Positions 17,146 through 24,419 of a stretch of DNA of 64,000 nucleotides are shown here, one piece after another; position 1 is the stretch's first letter, and each line of letters begins with the position of its first letter. The translations under genes and the position numbers were made by a program. The notes under the pieces are model-generated. The model did no database searches. It saw nothing but the letters and a program-made list of their open reading frames with translations, and was not told where the DNA came from. Source of the DNA: Candidatus Poseidoniaceae archaeon (lineage in GTDB: Archaea; Thermoplasmatota; Poseidoniia; Poseidoniales; Poseidoniaceae); assembly GCA_965659685.1 (NCBI GenBank), contig CBFHXB010000002.1, positions 71,903-135,902 on the forward strand. The letters run 5' to 3'.

Positions 17146-17249
17146 CCTGTTCCCTCCGCCTTTTCGGCAACTTGTCCGCTTCACCTCTAGGGTCTTGAAG
17201 CACTTGGGCAGGACGAAAGGATGAACATTGACGCGCTTCAGGCCAAGGC

Positions 17250-18200
17250 ATGCGCTGGCTGGTCACAGGTGGAGCGGGCTTCATCGGTTCACACGTCGTC
17301 GACCGTTTGGTTGAACGAGGTGACGATGTGCTCGTCCTCGACGATCTCTCAAGCGGCCGAAGGGAATTCCTGGCCCATCATCTCGACGCAGGTCGCGTCA
17401 CCCTGCAGGTCGTTGACCTGACCGATTTTGAGGCAACGCTTCCCCATTTTGCCGGCATCGACCGGGTGATCCATCTCGCCGCAAACCCTGACATCCGACT
17501 GGGGACGCGCGTGACGGACACCGACCTCAGGCACGGCACCGTGGCGACCTACAACGTGCTGGAATCCATGCGACAACACGAGGTCAAGGACATCGCGTTC
17601 GCTTCTTCCTCTGTGGTCTACGGTGAGGGTGTTCCCTTGCCCACGCCGGAGAACCATGGCCCCTGCATCCCTATTTCCCTGTACGGTGCAAGCAAGGCTG
17701 CAGGCGAAGGACTGATCGGTGCTTACGTCGGAACCTTTGGCTTCAGGGCGTGGATTTTCCGCTTCGCGAACATCATCGGCGGACGAGGCACGCACGGGGT
17801 GATCTTCGATTTCATTCACAAGCTCGTCGCCACGCCGGAGCGCCTCGAAGTGCTGGGTGACGGGCGTCAAGAAAAGTCGTACATGCTGGTTGAAGATTGT
17901 GCGGACGCGATGCTGCACGTCATGGAGCAGACCGATGCACCCCTGACCCTCATGAACCTCGGAACGCAAGACACCTGCTCGGTCCGGCGGATCGGTGAAA
18001 TCGTCATCGATGTGATGGGCTTGACGGCGCGCATGGACTACACGGGCGGGGACCGCGGCTGGGCTGGGGACATTCCGAAGGCGCGCTTGGCCATTGAACG
18101 GCTTTTGGACACCGGATTCACGTTGACGTGCCAAAGCGAGGAAGCAGTGCGGCACACCGCGACCCTGCTCCTCAAGGAAATCGTAGGTCCACGCGATTGA
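17250..18200 (+). CDS. NAD-dependent sugar-nucleotide epimerase/dehydratase (SDR family)
   Basis: VTGGAGFIGSH Rossmann motif and the YGASKAAGE (YxxxK) catalytic motif are present. Confidence 0.9.
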   Translation: MRWLVTGGAGFIGSHVVDRLVERGDDVLVLDDLSSGRREFLAHHLDAGRVTLQVVDLTDFEATLPHFAGIDRVIHLAANPDIRLGTRVTDTDLRHGTVATYNVLESMRQHEVKDIAFASSSVVYGEGVPLPTPENHGPCIPISLYGASKAAGEGLIGAYVGTFGFRAWIFRFANIIGGRGTHGVIFDFIHKLVATPERLEVLGDGRQEKSYMLVEDCADAMLHVMEQTDAPLTLMNLGTQDTCSVRRIGEIVIDVMGLTARMDYTGGDRGWAGDIPKARLAIERLLDTGFTLTCQSEEAVRHTATLLLKEIVGPRD

Positions 18201-18223
18201 ACTCAGGGTTCATAGCCAACCGC

Positions 18224-18913
18224 ATGCACCCGCGGCCCATGCAGTTGCATGATGACGAAGCCGCCGGCGTCACAGACAACCCACTCCTGATGGTGGTTGC
18301 ATTGGTCATTGCGGGCCTGATGATCGTCGCGGTCACCTCCGACCCCGTCGCCACCGGCACGGACATCGGCGACCGCGCACCGGAACTGACTTCGATGGCC
18401 TATGACGGCGCCGGTTGGGCCAATTTTGACCTGTCGTCGTACTTCGACGAGACTTGGGTCGAAGGGCAGCCAGGCTCGTGGATCATCCTTGAGTTCATGG
18501 ACACCGATTGCCCGTACTGCGTGCAAAGAGCAGGTGAACTTGGCGATTGGGATGCTGTTTTTGATGCTGAGAATCCTCAATGGGCCAACGAAGACGTGCA
18601 GGTCATCGCGGTCGCGGCAGAGTTGAACATCGCGGGACACGACTCTTCTCGAGAAGAAATTGAGGCGTTCCGAGACAAGTCAGCAGGTCACACTTGCGCG
18701 AAGCAGGATTGCAGCGCACGTGACGGTTCTGCCCACTCCTTCCCCTACGTGGACGACCTTTCACTTGACGCCATGGACACTTGGAAGGTGCGTGGGACAC
18801 CGACCTACTTTGTCATCCAGCCAGATGGAATCATCGCATGGACCAGCGACAACACGGCGCGCTACGCCGACGCCGGTGAGGCGGTCGCTGCTCTCGCGGT
18901 GGTGGATGCGTGA
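18224..18913 (+). CDS. Membrane-anchored thioredoxin-fold thiol:disulfide oxidoreductase (TlpA/ResA-like)
   Basis: N-terminal TM helix LLMVVALVIAGLMIVAV, then ILEFMDTDCPYCVQRAGEL (CxxC). The ATG at 18224 was chosen because the longer ORF overlaps the epimerase. Confidence 0.8.
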   Translation: MHPRPMQLHDDEAAGVTDNPLLMVVALVIAGLMIVAVTSDPVATGTDIGDRAPELTSMAYDGAGWANFDLSSYFDETWVEGQPGSWIILEFMDTDCPYCVQRAGELGDWDAVFDAENPQWANEDVQVIAVAAELNIAGHDSSREEIEAFRDKSAGHTCAKQDCSARDGSAHSFPYVDDLSLDAMDTWKVRGTPTYFVIQPDGIIAWTSDNTARYADAGEAVAALAVVDA

Positions 18914-19551
18914 ATGCAAACGTCATCCTCGCGGTCGAATCCCTCCCCCTTTTGCTAGGATTTCTCCTGACCCTTCCGGTTGGGGGGAAAATTGCTCAAC
19001 CAGTGCTCAACGTATGGCCGTCACTCGCTTCTCCACGTGGACGGATGACCGCTGGATTGGTCCTCATTTGCCTTTCAGGCCTCGTCATCTCCACCCACAC
19101 GTATTGGATTCATGAAAAAATCACGGGAACCACGACGTCGTTTTGCGCAAGTGATTCCCTCTTCTCATGCGACGACGTGATCGGTCATGAGACCTACGGG
19201 TACGCACCGGTCATCGGTTTGCCATGGGGTCTTATCGGCATGGGCGTTTTTGCAGCCCTTTTGTACGCGTCAATGATGGTCCAGAAAGAGCCTGATGCAC
19301 CGGGTCGAACCCGTATGCTGCAGGTGCTGATGCTCTTCAGCGGAGGTGGGGTTCCAGTCATTCTGTTGCTCATTTCCTACGAGGTGCAAATCGAAAAACT
19401 GTGCCAGTATTGCAGCATGGCCCATCTGGCCAACGTGTTGGTGCTGGTGACTTCTGTTCGGATGTTCCGGGCCACACAAGACGACGCTTGGAGCAGGATG
19501 GCACGTGCGGATCTGAGCCCTCGCGTTCAAGGGCAATCCGAAGAAGCGTGA
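18910..19551 (+). CDS. Vitamin K epoxide reductase (VKOR) family membrane protein
   Basis: Loop cysteine pair FCASDSLFSC and active-site CQYC lie within a TM helix of a multi-TM protein. The GTG start overlaps the upstream stop (GTGA). Confidence 0.8.
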   Translation: MNANVILAVESLPLLLGFLLTLPVGGKIAQPVLNVWPSLASPRGRMTAGLVLICLSGLVISTHTYWIHEKITGTTTSFCASDSLFSCDDVIGHETYGYAPVIGLPWGLIGMGVFAALLYASMMVQKEPDAPGRTRMLQVLMLFSGGGVPVILLLISYEVQIEKLCQYCSMAHLANVLVLVTSVRMFRATQDDAWSRMARADLSPRVQGQSEEA

Positions 19552-19815
19552 TCAGGGAATTGCGTCGCCTTCGTGGACCAAGTCACCGATGTCCTCGACC
19601 ATTTCGAGGCGAACCACCGTGATCTCGAGGTGACCTGCCTCTGGGTAGGCCTCTCGAATTTCCTCAATGAGCGCTTCTCGGACGCCGTCCGCATCATCTG
19701 CAACAAGGAAGCTCAGGTGACGAGAGCGGTCTGAACCGTGCTCGACCACGTACTCAACGATCCACTCGCTGGATGAGCCTTCTTCCCACACCACGTCCCA
19801 GCCGTTTTGTTCCAT
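19552..19815 (-). CDS. Hypothetical small acidic protein (87 aa)
   Basis: ATG at 19815 with a CTATAT box 23 nt upstream. Its stop is back-to-back with the VKOR stop (TGATCA). No family recognised. Confidence 0.5.
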   Translation of the reverse strand: MEQNGWDVVWEEGSSSEWIVEYVVEHGSDRSRHLSFLVADDADGVREALIEEIREAYPEAGHLEITVVRLEMVEDIGDLVHEGDAIP

Positions 19816-19837
19816 GATACTACATCGGCACGGCAGG

Positions 19838-19843
19838 ATATAG
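19838..19843 (-). promoter_or_regulatory. TATA-like box (CTATAT)
   Basis: It lies in an AT-rich patch 23 nt upstream of the ATG at 19815 on the minus strand. Confidence 0.4.
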
Positions 19844-19908
19844 AGGTTTGCTCTCCAAGCATGGAAATATGCAGGAAAAGGGAAGAAGAAAGGGTTTTCC
19901 GGGAAGAA

Positions 19909-20865
19909 TCACTCTTCCTCAGAAACCTTTCTTCCGGATTCCGTCGTTTTCGTTGGCCAAACAGCCACCGCCACACCGCCCGCAAGCAAGGTGGCTGCCA
20001 AGGCCCAACGGTGATCCGCTCCCGCCTCAACGGTGGAAGGTCGGACGGCAAGTTCAACGGCGCCCTCGCTGTGAGTCGTCTCTAGGCTTAGGTTCCCGTC
20101 CGCGGTTTCGTCGATCAGGATCAGGCTGAACGGTGCATCGTCGGCCCACGCCAACGTCCCGTTCATGGTTCCGTTCATGGTGAGGTCACACGGGCCGGTG
20201 CACACGCTGGACCACGCGCCATCCGCATCCAGCGTGTGGAGTTCAACCAAGGCACGGTCGTAGGTGCTTCCTTGCACGACCTCCACGCCAAAGGCCGCTG
20301 GAGTCCGCGCATGCTCGAGGACCATGAGCGTCAGTTGTCGGCCATGTTCGGGCTGCTCGGCATGAAGTTCAAACAACACGTCACCGGCTTCCCTCGTGGC
20401 GTTGATGCCCAAGTTCGGGCGAGCGTTGCGTCCCGATTCAAGCTCCAGCATCCGTCGCGTGACGTCGGGCCACACCTCCGGTCCGACGAGCGGTGCCTCG
20501 CCCTCGACAAGGAAGGCAGGGGTCTGGGTGAGGTTTCCGTGCACGCTTCTCCACCGGTCAAGGCGTGCTTCCGAAGCGTTCGTGGCCACACCGTCTTGGC
20601 CGTCCAAGGGGTGCAGCGCAACGAGGGCCAAACGGGAACCGTGCCTGTCGGCCACCTCGGCCAAATATGGATCGATGTCGGCACAGGTGGCGCACCACGT
20701 CGCGGTCATCTCTTCAACCAGGACCGTGGTTTTCGCCTTCACTTCAAGACGTTCGCCGTCGTTTAATCCGTCAATGCGGAGCGCGGCGGCGTTCGGAGTG
20801 GCGCTCAGCAGGATGAGCACGAGCAGGCACGCGGCCACAACCCGACCACCCCGCTCGGCGCGCAT
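19909..20865 (-). CDS. Secreted, C-terminally anchored thioredoxin-like protein
   Basis: The ATG at 20865 gives MRAERGGRVVAACLLVLILLSATPNAAA (signal-like). EEMTATWCATCADIDP carries WCxxC. The C-terminal TM is WALAATLLAGGVAVAVW. The longer track ORF (to 21255) runs antisense into rlmE. Confidence 0.65.
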   Translation of the reverse strand: MRAERGGRVVAACLLVLILLSATPNAAALRIDGLNDGERLEVKAKTTVLVEEMTATWCATCADIDPYLAEVADRHGSRLALVALHPLDGQDGVATNASEARLDRWRSVHGNLTQTPAFLVEGEAPLVGPEVWPDVTRRMLELESGRNARPNLGINATREAGDVLFELHAEQPEHGRQLTLMVLEHARTPAAFGVEVVQGSTYDRALVELHTLDADGAWSSVCTGPCDLTMNGTMNGTLAWADDAPFSLILIDETADGNLSLETTHSEGAVELAVRPSTVEAGADHRWALAATLLAGGVAVAVWPTKTTESGRKVSEEE

Positions 20866-20961
20866 GGTCGTGGGGGGATGGCGGTGGTGAAGAAGCCTCG
20901 TCGGCTCCTTGGGCAAGGGGAGCCTTCTTGACGGCGCCTCGTGCAGCATCATCTGAACTTC

Positions 20962-21687
20962 ATGGCTGAGCACTGGGTTGAGAACCACCGCCGCGACAGT
21001 TGGCGGCGTCAAGCCAAAGCGGGTGGATACCGCGCACGCTCGGCGTTCAAACTCAAGCAGATCCAGCAGCGGTTCGAACTTCTTCGCGAAGGTGACGTTG
21101 TTTTGGACGTGGGTTGCCACCCCGGCGGCTGGGCGCAGGTGGCGGTGGAGTTGGTCGGCGAATCCGGGACGGTTGTCGGCATCGACCTCATGGCCACGCA
21201 ACCCGTTGACGGGGCCACCTTGCTGACCGGTGACGTCACCGACCCTCTGATTCAATCACGGCTGCTCGAGGTGCTGGACGGTCGGGAAATCAATGCCATC
21301 GTGTCCGACATCTCCCCGGACATCACCGGGAATTGGGACATTGACCAAAGCGTGGCCATGTCCCTGGTGGCCATGGTGTTCGATTTCGGACTACCTCGCC
21401 TGGCCGCAGGGGGCAGTTTCGTCACCAAGATGTTCCAAGGCATCGGCGTGGAGGAACTGATCGCGGAGGTTCGCCCTCACTTCTCCAAGGTTCGACGGTT
21501 TTCGCCAGAGGCCAGTCGCAATTCCTCCTCCGAAGTGTACCTGATCTGCCGAAATCACACGCCTTGGGGCACCCCCGCCGAGCCGCTCTCCGAACGCTAT
21601 GAAGCGTCGTTGGGGAAACGACTCAACGGTGAAAACATCGACGTGGAGCCGATCAACACCCGCTTCAAAGTGCATCGTCGAGGTTGA
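20962..21687 (+). CDS. rlmE: 23S rRNA 2'-O-ribose methyltransferase RlmE/FtsJ
   Basis: RSAFKLKQIQQRFELL, VLDVGCHPGGWAQV (SAM-binding) and VSDISPDITGNWDIDQ are present. Confidence 0.9.
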   Translation: MAEHWVENHRRDSWRRQAKAGGYRARSAFKLKQIQQRFELLREGDVVLDVGCHPGGWAQVAVELVGESGTVVGIDLMATQPVDGATLLTGDVTDPLIQSRLLEVLDGREINAIVSDISPDITGNWDIDQSVAMSLVAMVFDFGLPRLAAGGSFVTKMFQGIGVEELIAEVRPHFSKVRRFSPEASRNSSSEVYLICRNHTPWGTPAEPLSERYEASLGKRLNGENIDVEPINTRFKVHRRG

Positions 21688-21726
21688 CGGTGACCTTGAA
21701 ATCGGTAAAGGCGATGTTCGAAGGCC

Positions 21727-22044
21727 ATGGGCCAACGGAAGATGACCATCGCAGATTTGCGGCCAGATTGCCCCGTGACGGAACTTGACCTGATCGTGCT
21801 CCGTCGCTACCCCACAAGGAACGTGGTCGGGAAGAAGTACAGCGGCCCCATGGCTGCTGCCTGTGCAAGGGACCGCTCAGGAATCGTGGGTTTGCTGCTC
21901 TGGGGCGACGACGTCCATCGAATACGACCGGGACTTGCCGTTCGTTTGGAACGTGGATGGTGCAGGGCGCGTGACGGCGCCTTGGTGGTCAGCACCGGTC
22001 GCCACGGCCGATTACGAGTGATGGAGCCCCCGTCTTCCCACTGA
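21727..22044 (+). CDS. Small OB-fold nucleic-acid-binding protein (SSB/RPA-like)
   Basis: The pattern IADLRP ... LDLIVL ... GPMAAACARDRSGIVGLLLWGDD ... RPGLAVRLERGW matches small archaeal single-OB proteins by recollection. No search was done. Confidence 0.6.
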   Translation: MGQRKMTIADLRPDCPVTELDLIVLRRYPTRNVVGKKYSGPMAAACARDRSGIVGLLLWGDDVHRIRPGLAVRLERGWCRARDGALVVSTGRHGRLRVMEPPSSH

Positions 22045-22090
22045 GGAAGCATAAAGAGGGGTGAGCCGTGGCCGGAGCATCCGAGGTGGC

Positions 22091-22261
22091 ATGATGAGCG
22101 AGAGGGCGACAACCTGCAGCACGTCCGGTATCCCCCTGACTCAAGAAGGTTCGACCAGCTTCCCCTGCCCTGGCTGCGGGGAGCCGATTGGCCGAAGCCC
22201 CCGCGCACGCAACCAAGGCGTGGTGTACGCTTGCCCGTCGTGCGGATTCCAAGGACCCTGA
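22091..22261 (+). CDS. Zn-ribbon protein of the family usually found next to aEF-1beta (COG2888-like)
   Basis: FPCPGCGEPI ... YACPSCGFQGP. It sits directly upstream of aEF-1beta, as in many archaea. GAGGTG lies just upstream of the ATGATG at 22091/22094. Confidence 0.65.
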   Translation: MMSERATTCSTSGIPLTQEGSTSFPCPGCGEPIGRSPRARNQGVVYACPSCGFQGP

Positions 22262-22270
22262 GGTGATGGC

Positions 22271-22543
22271 ATGGGCGAAGTTGTGATGACGTACAAGGTC
22301 AACCCTCACACCGAGATCGAAGACGTCGATCCGGAGATGATCGCCGACACCATCCGTGGTTTTGCCGACGACGTGTACGACGTTCAAGCGGTCGAAATCA
22401 AGCCCCTCGCGTTCGGACTGCGTTTCGTTCAGGTTCACGTGAAGATGAACGACGGAGCAGGCCTTCCTGACGTCTTTGAATCCCGCATGGCGGAGATTCA
22501 TGGCGTTGGCGAGATCGAAGTCATCTCGATGGGCCTCATTTGA
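22271..22543 (+). CDS. Translation elongation factor aEF-1 beta
   Basis: MGEVVMTYKVNPHTEIEDVD ... VEIKPLAFGL ... The 90-aa length and N-terminal pattern are typical of aEF-1beta. Confidence 0.85.
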   Translation: MGEVVMTYKVNPHTEIEDVDPEMIADTIRGFADDVYDVQAVEIKPLAFGLRFVQVHVKMNDGAGLPDVFESRMAEIHGVGEIEVISMGLI

Positions 22544-22632
22544 ACGGCGCTCGCCGTCCATCGTTGCAAGGTTCGCGGCGGAAGCGTTGTTCTCTGCACA
22601 GCAGTGCGTCGTGCCGATGCGCAAGGTCTTGC

Positions 22633-24159
22633 TCAACCAAGATGGTCCAATGGAGCCATCATGAATTCACGAAGCAACGTGGTGGCGTAGGCTCCGCTGG
22701 AGAGGGTGAAGCGGAATTTGATGCACGCGCCCTCTGGATGCCATCGGTCTCCGTCTCGAGGTCCTTCGGACCATCGTCCGTCAAGGGTGCCTTCGCTGGC
22801 TTTTGGGACGCTTTCCCACGTGAATTCCTTGAAGCCCGTCACGAGGGCGCGTCGCGTTCCCTTGGTGGACAAGCGCGGAATGGCGGCGACGGTCCAGGTG
22901 GCGTCTTTGAGTCCCATGCTTTCCATCACACCGGCTTCGATGTCACCGGGGCGTCCGTCGCAGGTGCTCACCTCAGATCCGGGCAAAGGTCCGGTGACCG
23001 TCAGCCTCCCGAGGTTGCAGTTTCGTGCGATTCGGTCGGCGGTCCTGCTTTGCACGGTCACGCAACCCTTGGCTTCGAGTTGACCGCGTTCGTCGACGCG
23101 ACCCACAAGGTCACCCTCCACTGGGGTCGCAAGGGGCAAACCGTCCTCCAAACGGGCGTGGAGCGCGCGGTTGAACACGACCGATTGCAAGGCGTGCACC
23201 GTCATCAGCTGGAGGTTGTTGGGCAAACGGCGAAAGGCGCCCACGTGGTCGTCTGGCTTTTCCAAAAGGTGGGAAGCCATGCGACGTTCGAAGTCCATCC
23301 AATCCGGGCAGGATTCGATGACCTCCTCAGAAATGCCTTCCTCGCGGATGCGCTTCCGGAACGCGGCCACGTCGGGGGCTTCACCGTCTCCGGGCATCGA
23401 GAGGTAGGTCATCACGGCCTCGTCAAAGCGACCTGCGATCACGTGACGTCCAACTTCCGCGGTCACGGGGCGCCCGGAACCGAAGCGCTGAGGGCCAATC
23501 CAATTCGGGAACCGTTCTGCACCGAGCGTCGCCTCCAACGTCGCGTGAATCTTGCCGATCTCCTCCATGGCTTCTTGGTCGGTCATCGGTCGACCGTCGG
23601 GGTGGGCGCAGCCGCGCACCGTGATGGTGAACCGGTTGCCTCGGTGGTTGCCGAATCCGATTTTCTGATGGGTGCGGCCGAGGACTTCGATGTCCACGTC
23701 GGTCAATTCAACGCCGTTCACCTTGTTGGCAGGAGCGTCGATGACGAAGAGTTGGCGGGTGATGGCCCGCTTGTCTTTGGTACCGGCAAAGAAAATCCGC
23801 TCTTTGGGAATCCCGAGGGCTTTGGCCAAGCGAGCGATGAAGCGGTTGGTTTCCCAATTTCGCAAGGTGATGCTGGCCACCGTGAAGCGGCCTCGCTGGT
23901 CCATGCTGAGTTTGGTCGAGAGCTCTTCGACGCGGAAATCCTCGACCCGAGTTTTGACCAATCCACCGATGCCGTCGGCGACGGTGGCGTAACCGGTCAA
24001 GCCGATGGCTTCAGCGTGGTGTTGTCCGGAGGCGGACACCGGGGCGTCCTCCTCAGAGGGTGGCGCCGGAGAATTCTGCGGCGATGGAGGCAACCAGCTC
24101 GTTGATGACGCTGGCCGGATCTGCCTTGCCCTTGGTTCGAATGTAGAACTCGGGATCAT
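22633..24159 (-). CDS. truD: tRNA pseudouridine synthase TruD/Pus7 family
   Basis: VEDFRVEE and FFAGTKDKRAITRQ signatures are present. The start is uncertain. The ATG at 24159 overlaps rpoL by about 107 nt. A GTG at 24039 lies just after the rpoL stop. Confidence 0.85.
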   Translation of the reverse strand: MIPSSTFEPRARQIRPASSTSWLPPSPQNSPAPPSEEDAPVSASGQHHAEAIGLTGYATVADGIGGLVKTRVEDFRVEELSTKLSMDQRGRFTVASITLRNWETNRFIARLAKALGIPKERIFFAGTKDKRAITRQLFVIDAPANKVNGVELTDVDIEVLGRTHQKIGFGNHRGNRFTITVRGCAHPDGRPMTDQEAMEEIGKIHATLEATLGAERFPNWIGPQRFGSGRPVTAEVGRHVIAGRFDEAVMTYLSMPGDGEAPDVAAFRKRIREEGISEEVIESCPDWMDFERRMASHLLEKPDDHVGAFRRLPNNLQLMTVHALQSVVFNRALHARLEDGLPLATPVEGDLVGRVDERGQLEAKGCVTVQSRTADRIARNCNLGRLTVTGPLPGSEVSTCDGRPGDIEAGVMESMGLKDATWTVAAIPRLSTKGTRRALVTGFKEFTWESVPKASEGTLDGRWSEGPRDGDRWHPEGACIKFRFTLSSGAYATTLLREFMMAPLDHLG

Positions 24160-24310
24160 CGAGGTCGGGGTGGCCAGGGAAGTAGTTGGCGTACTCGATT
24201 TTGTCGTGGTTGTTCAATCGCTCACGGAGCATCTGAAGGGAGGTGTGACCCTCACCCACAACACGCATACGGAGTTCTTGTCCTTCGCGGAAGAGCACCT
24301 TGATTGGCAT
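24053..24310 (-). CDS. rpoL: DNA-directed RNA polymerase subunit L (Rpo11)
   Basis: The 85-aa product from the ATG at 24310 is MPIKVLFREGQELRMRVVGEGHTSLQMLRERLNNHDKIEYANYFPGHPDLDDPEFYIRTK... This is the typical subunit L pattern. The longer track ORF (to 24628) is an R-rich extension. Confidence 0.8.
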   Translation of the reverse strand: MPIKVLFREGQELRMRVVGEGHTSLQMLRERLNNHDKIEYANYFPGHPDLDDPEFYIRTKGKADPASVINELVASIAAEFSGATL

Positions 24311-24419
24311 GGGAACGGTCGGTCGACCTGACGGCTCGCTTTCAAGCCTTCGGGTTGTATTGCCGTGCTTTGCGCGCCGTCTGCCTCTTCGCTTATGAAC
24401 CGAAGCGCCCGGTGGGGCC

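Noticed and set aside
19909-21255. N-terminal extensions of track ORFs: 19909-21255, 35286-36656, 53312-54961, 56756-60424, 42015-42248, 24053-24628, 2790-2870 and 46032-46196
   Set aside because: In each case the extension runs antisense through, or overlaps, a neighbouring well-supported gene and has junk-like composition. An internal start gives a signal peptide, a Shine-Dalgarno sequence or a family-typical N-terminus.
22540-24105. 521-aa plus-strand ORF
   Set aside because: It is antisense to truD, which carries the GTKDKRA and VEDFRVEE signatures. The plus-strand product is low-complexity G/R/H/V-rich.
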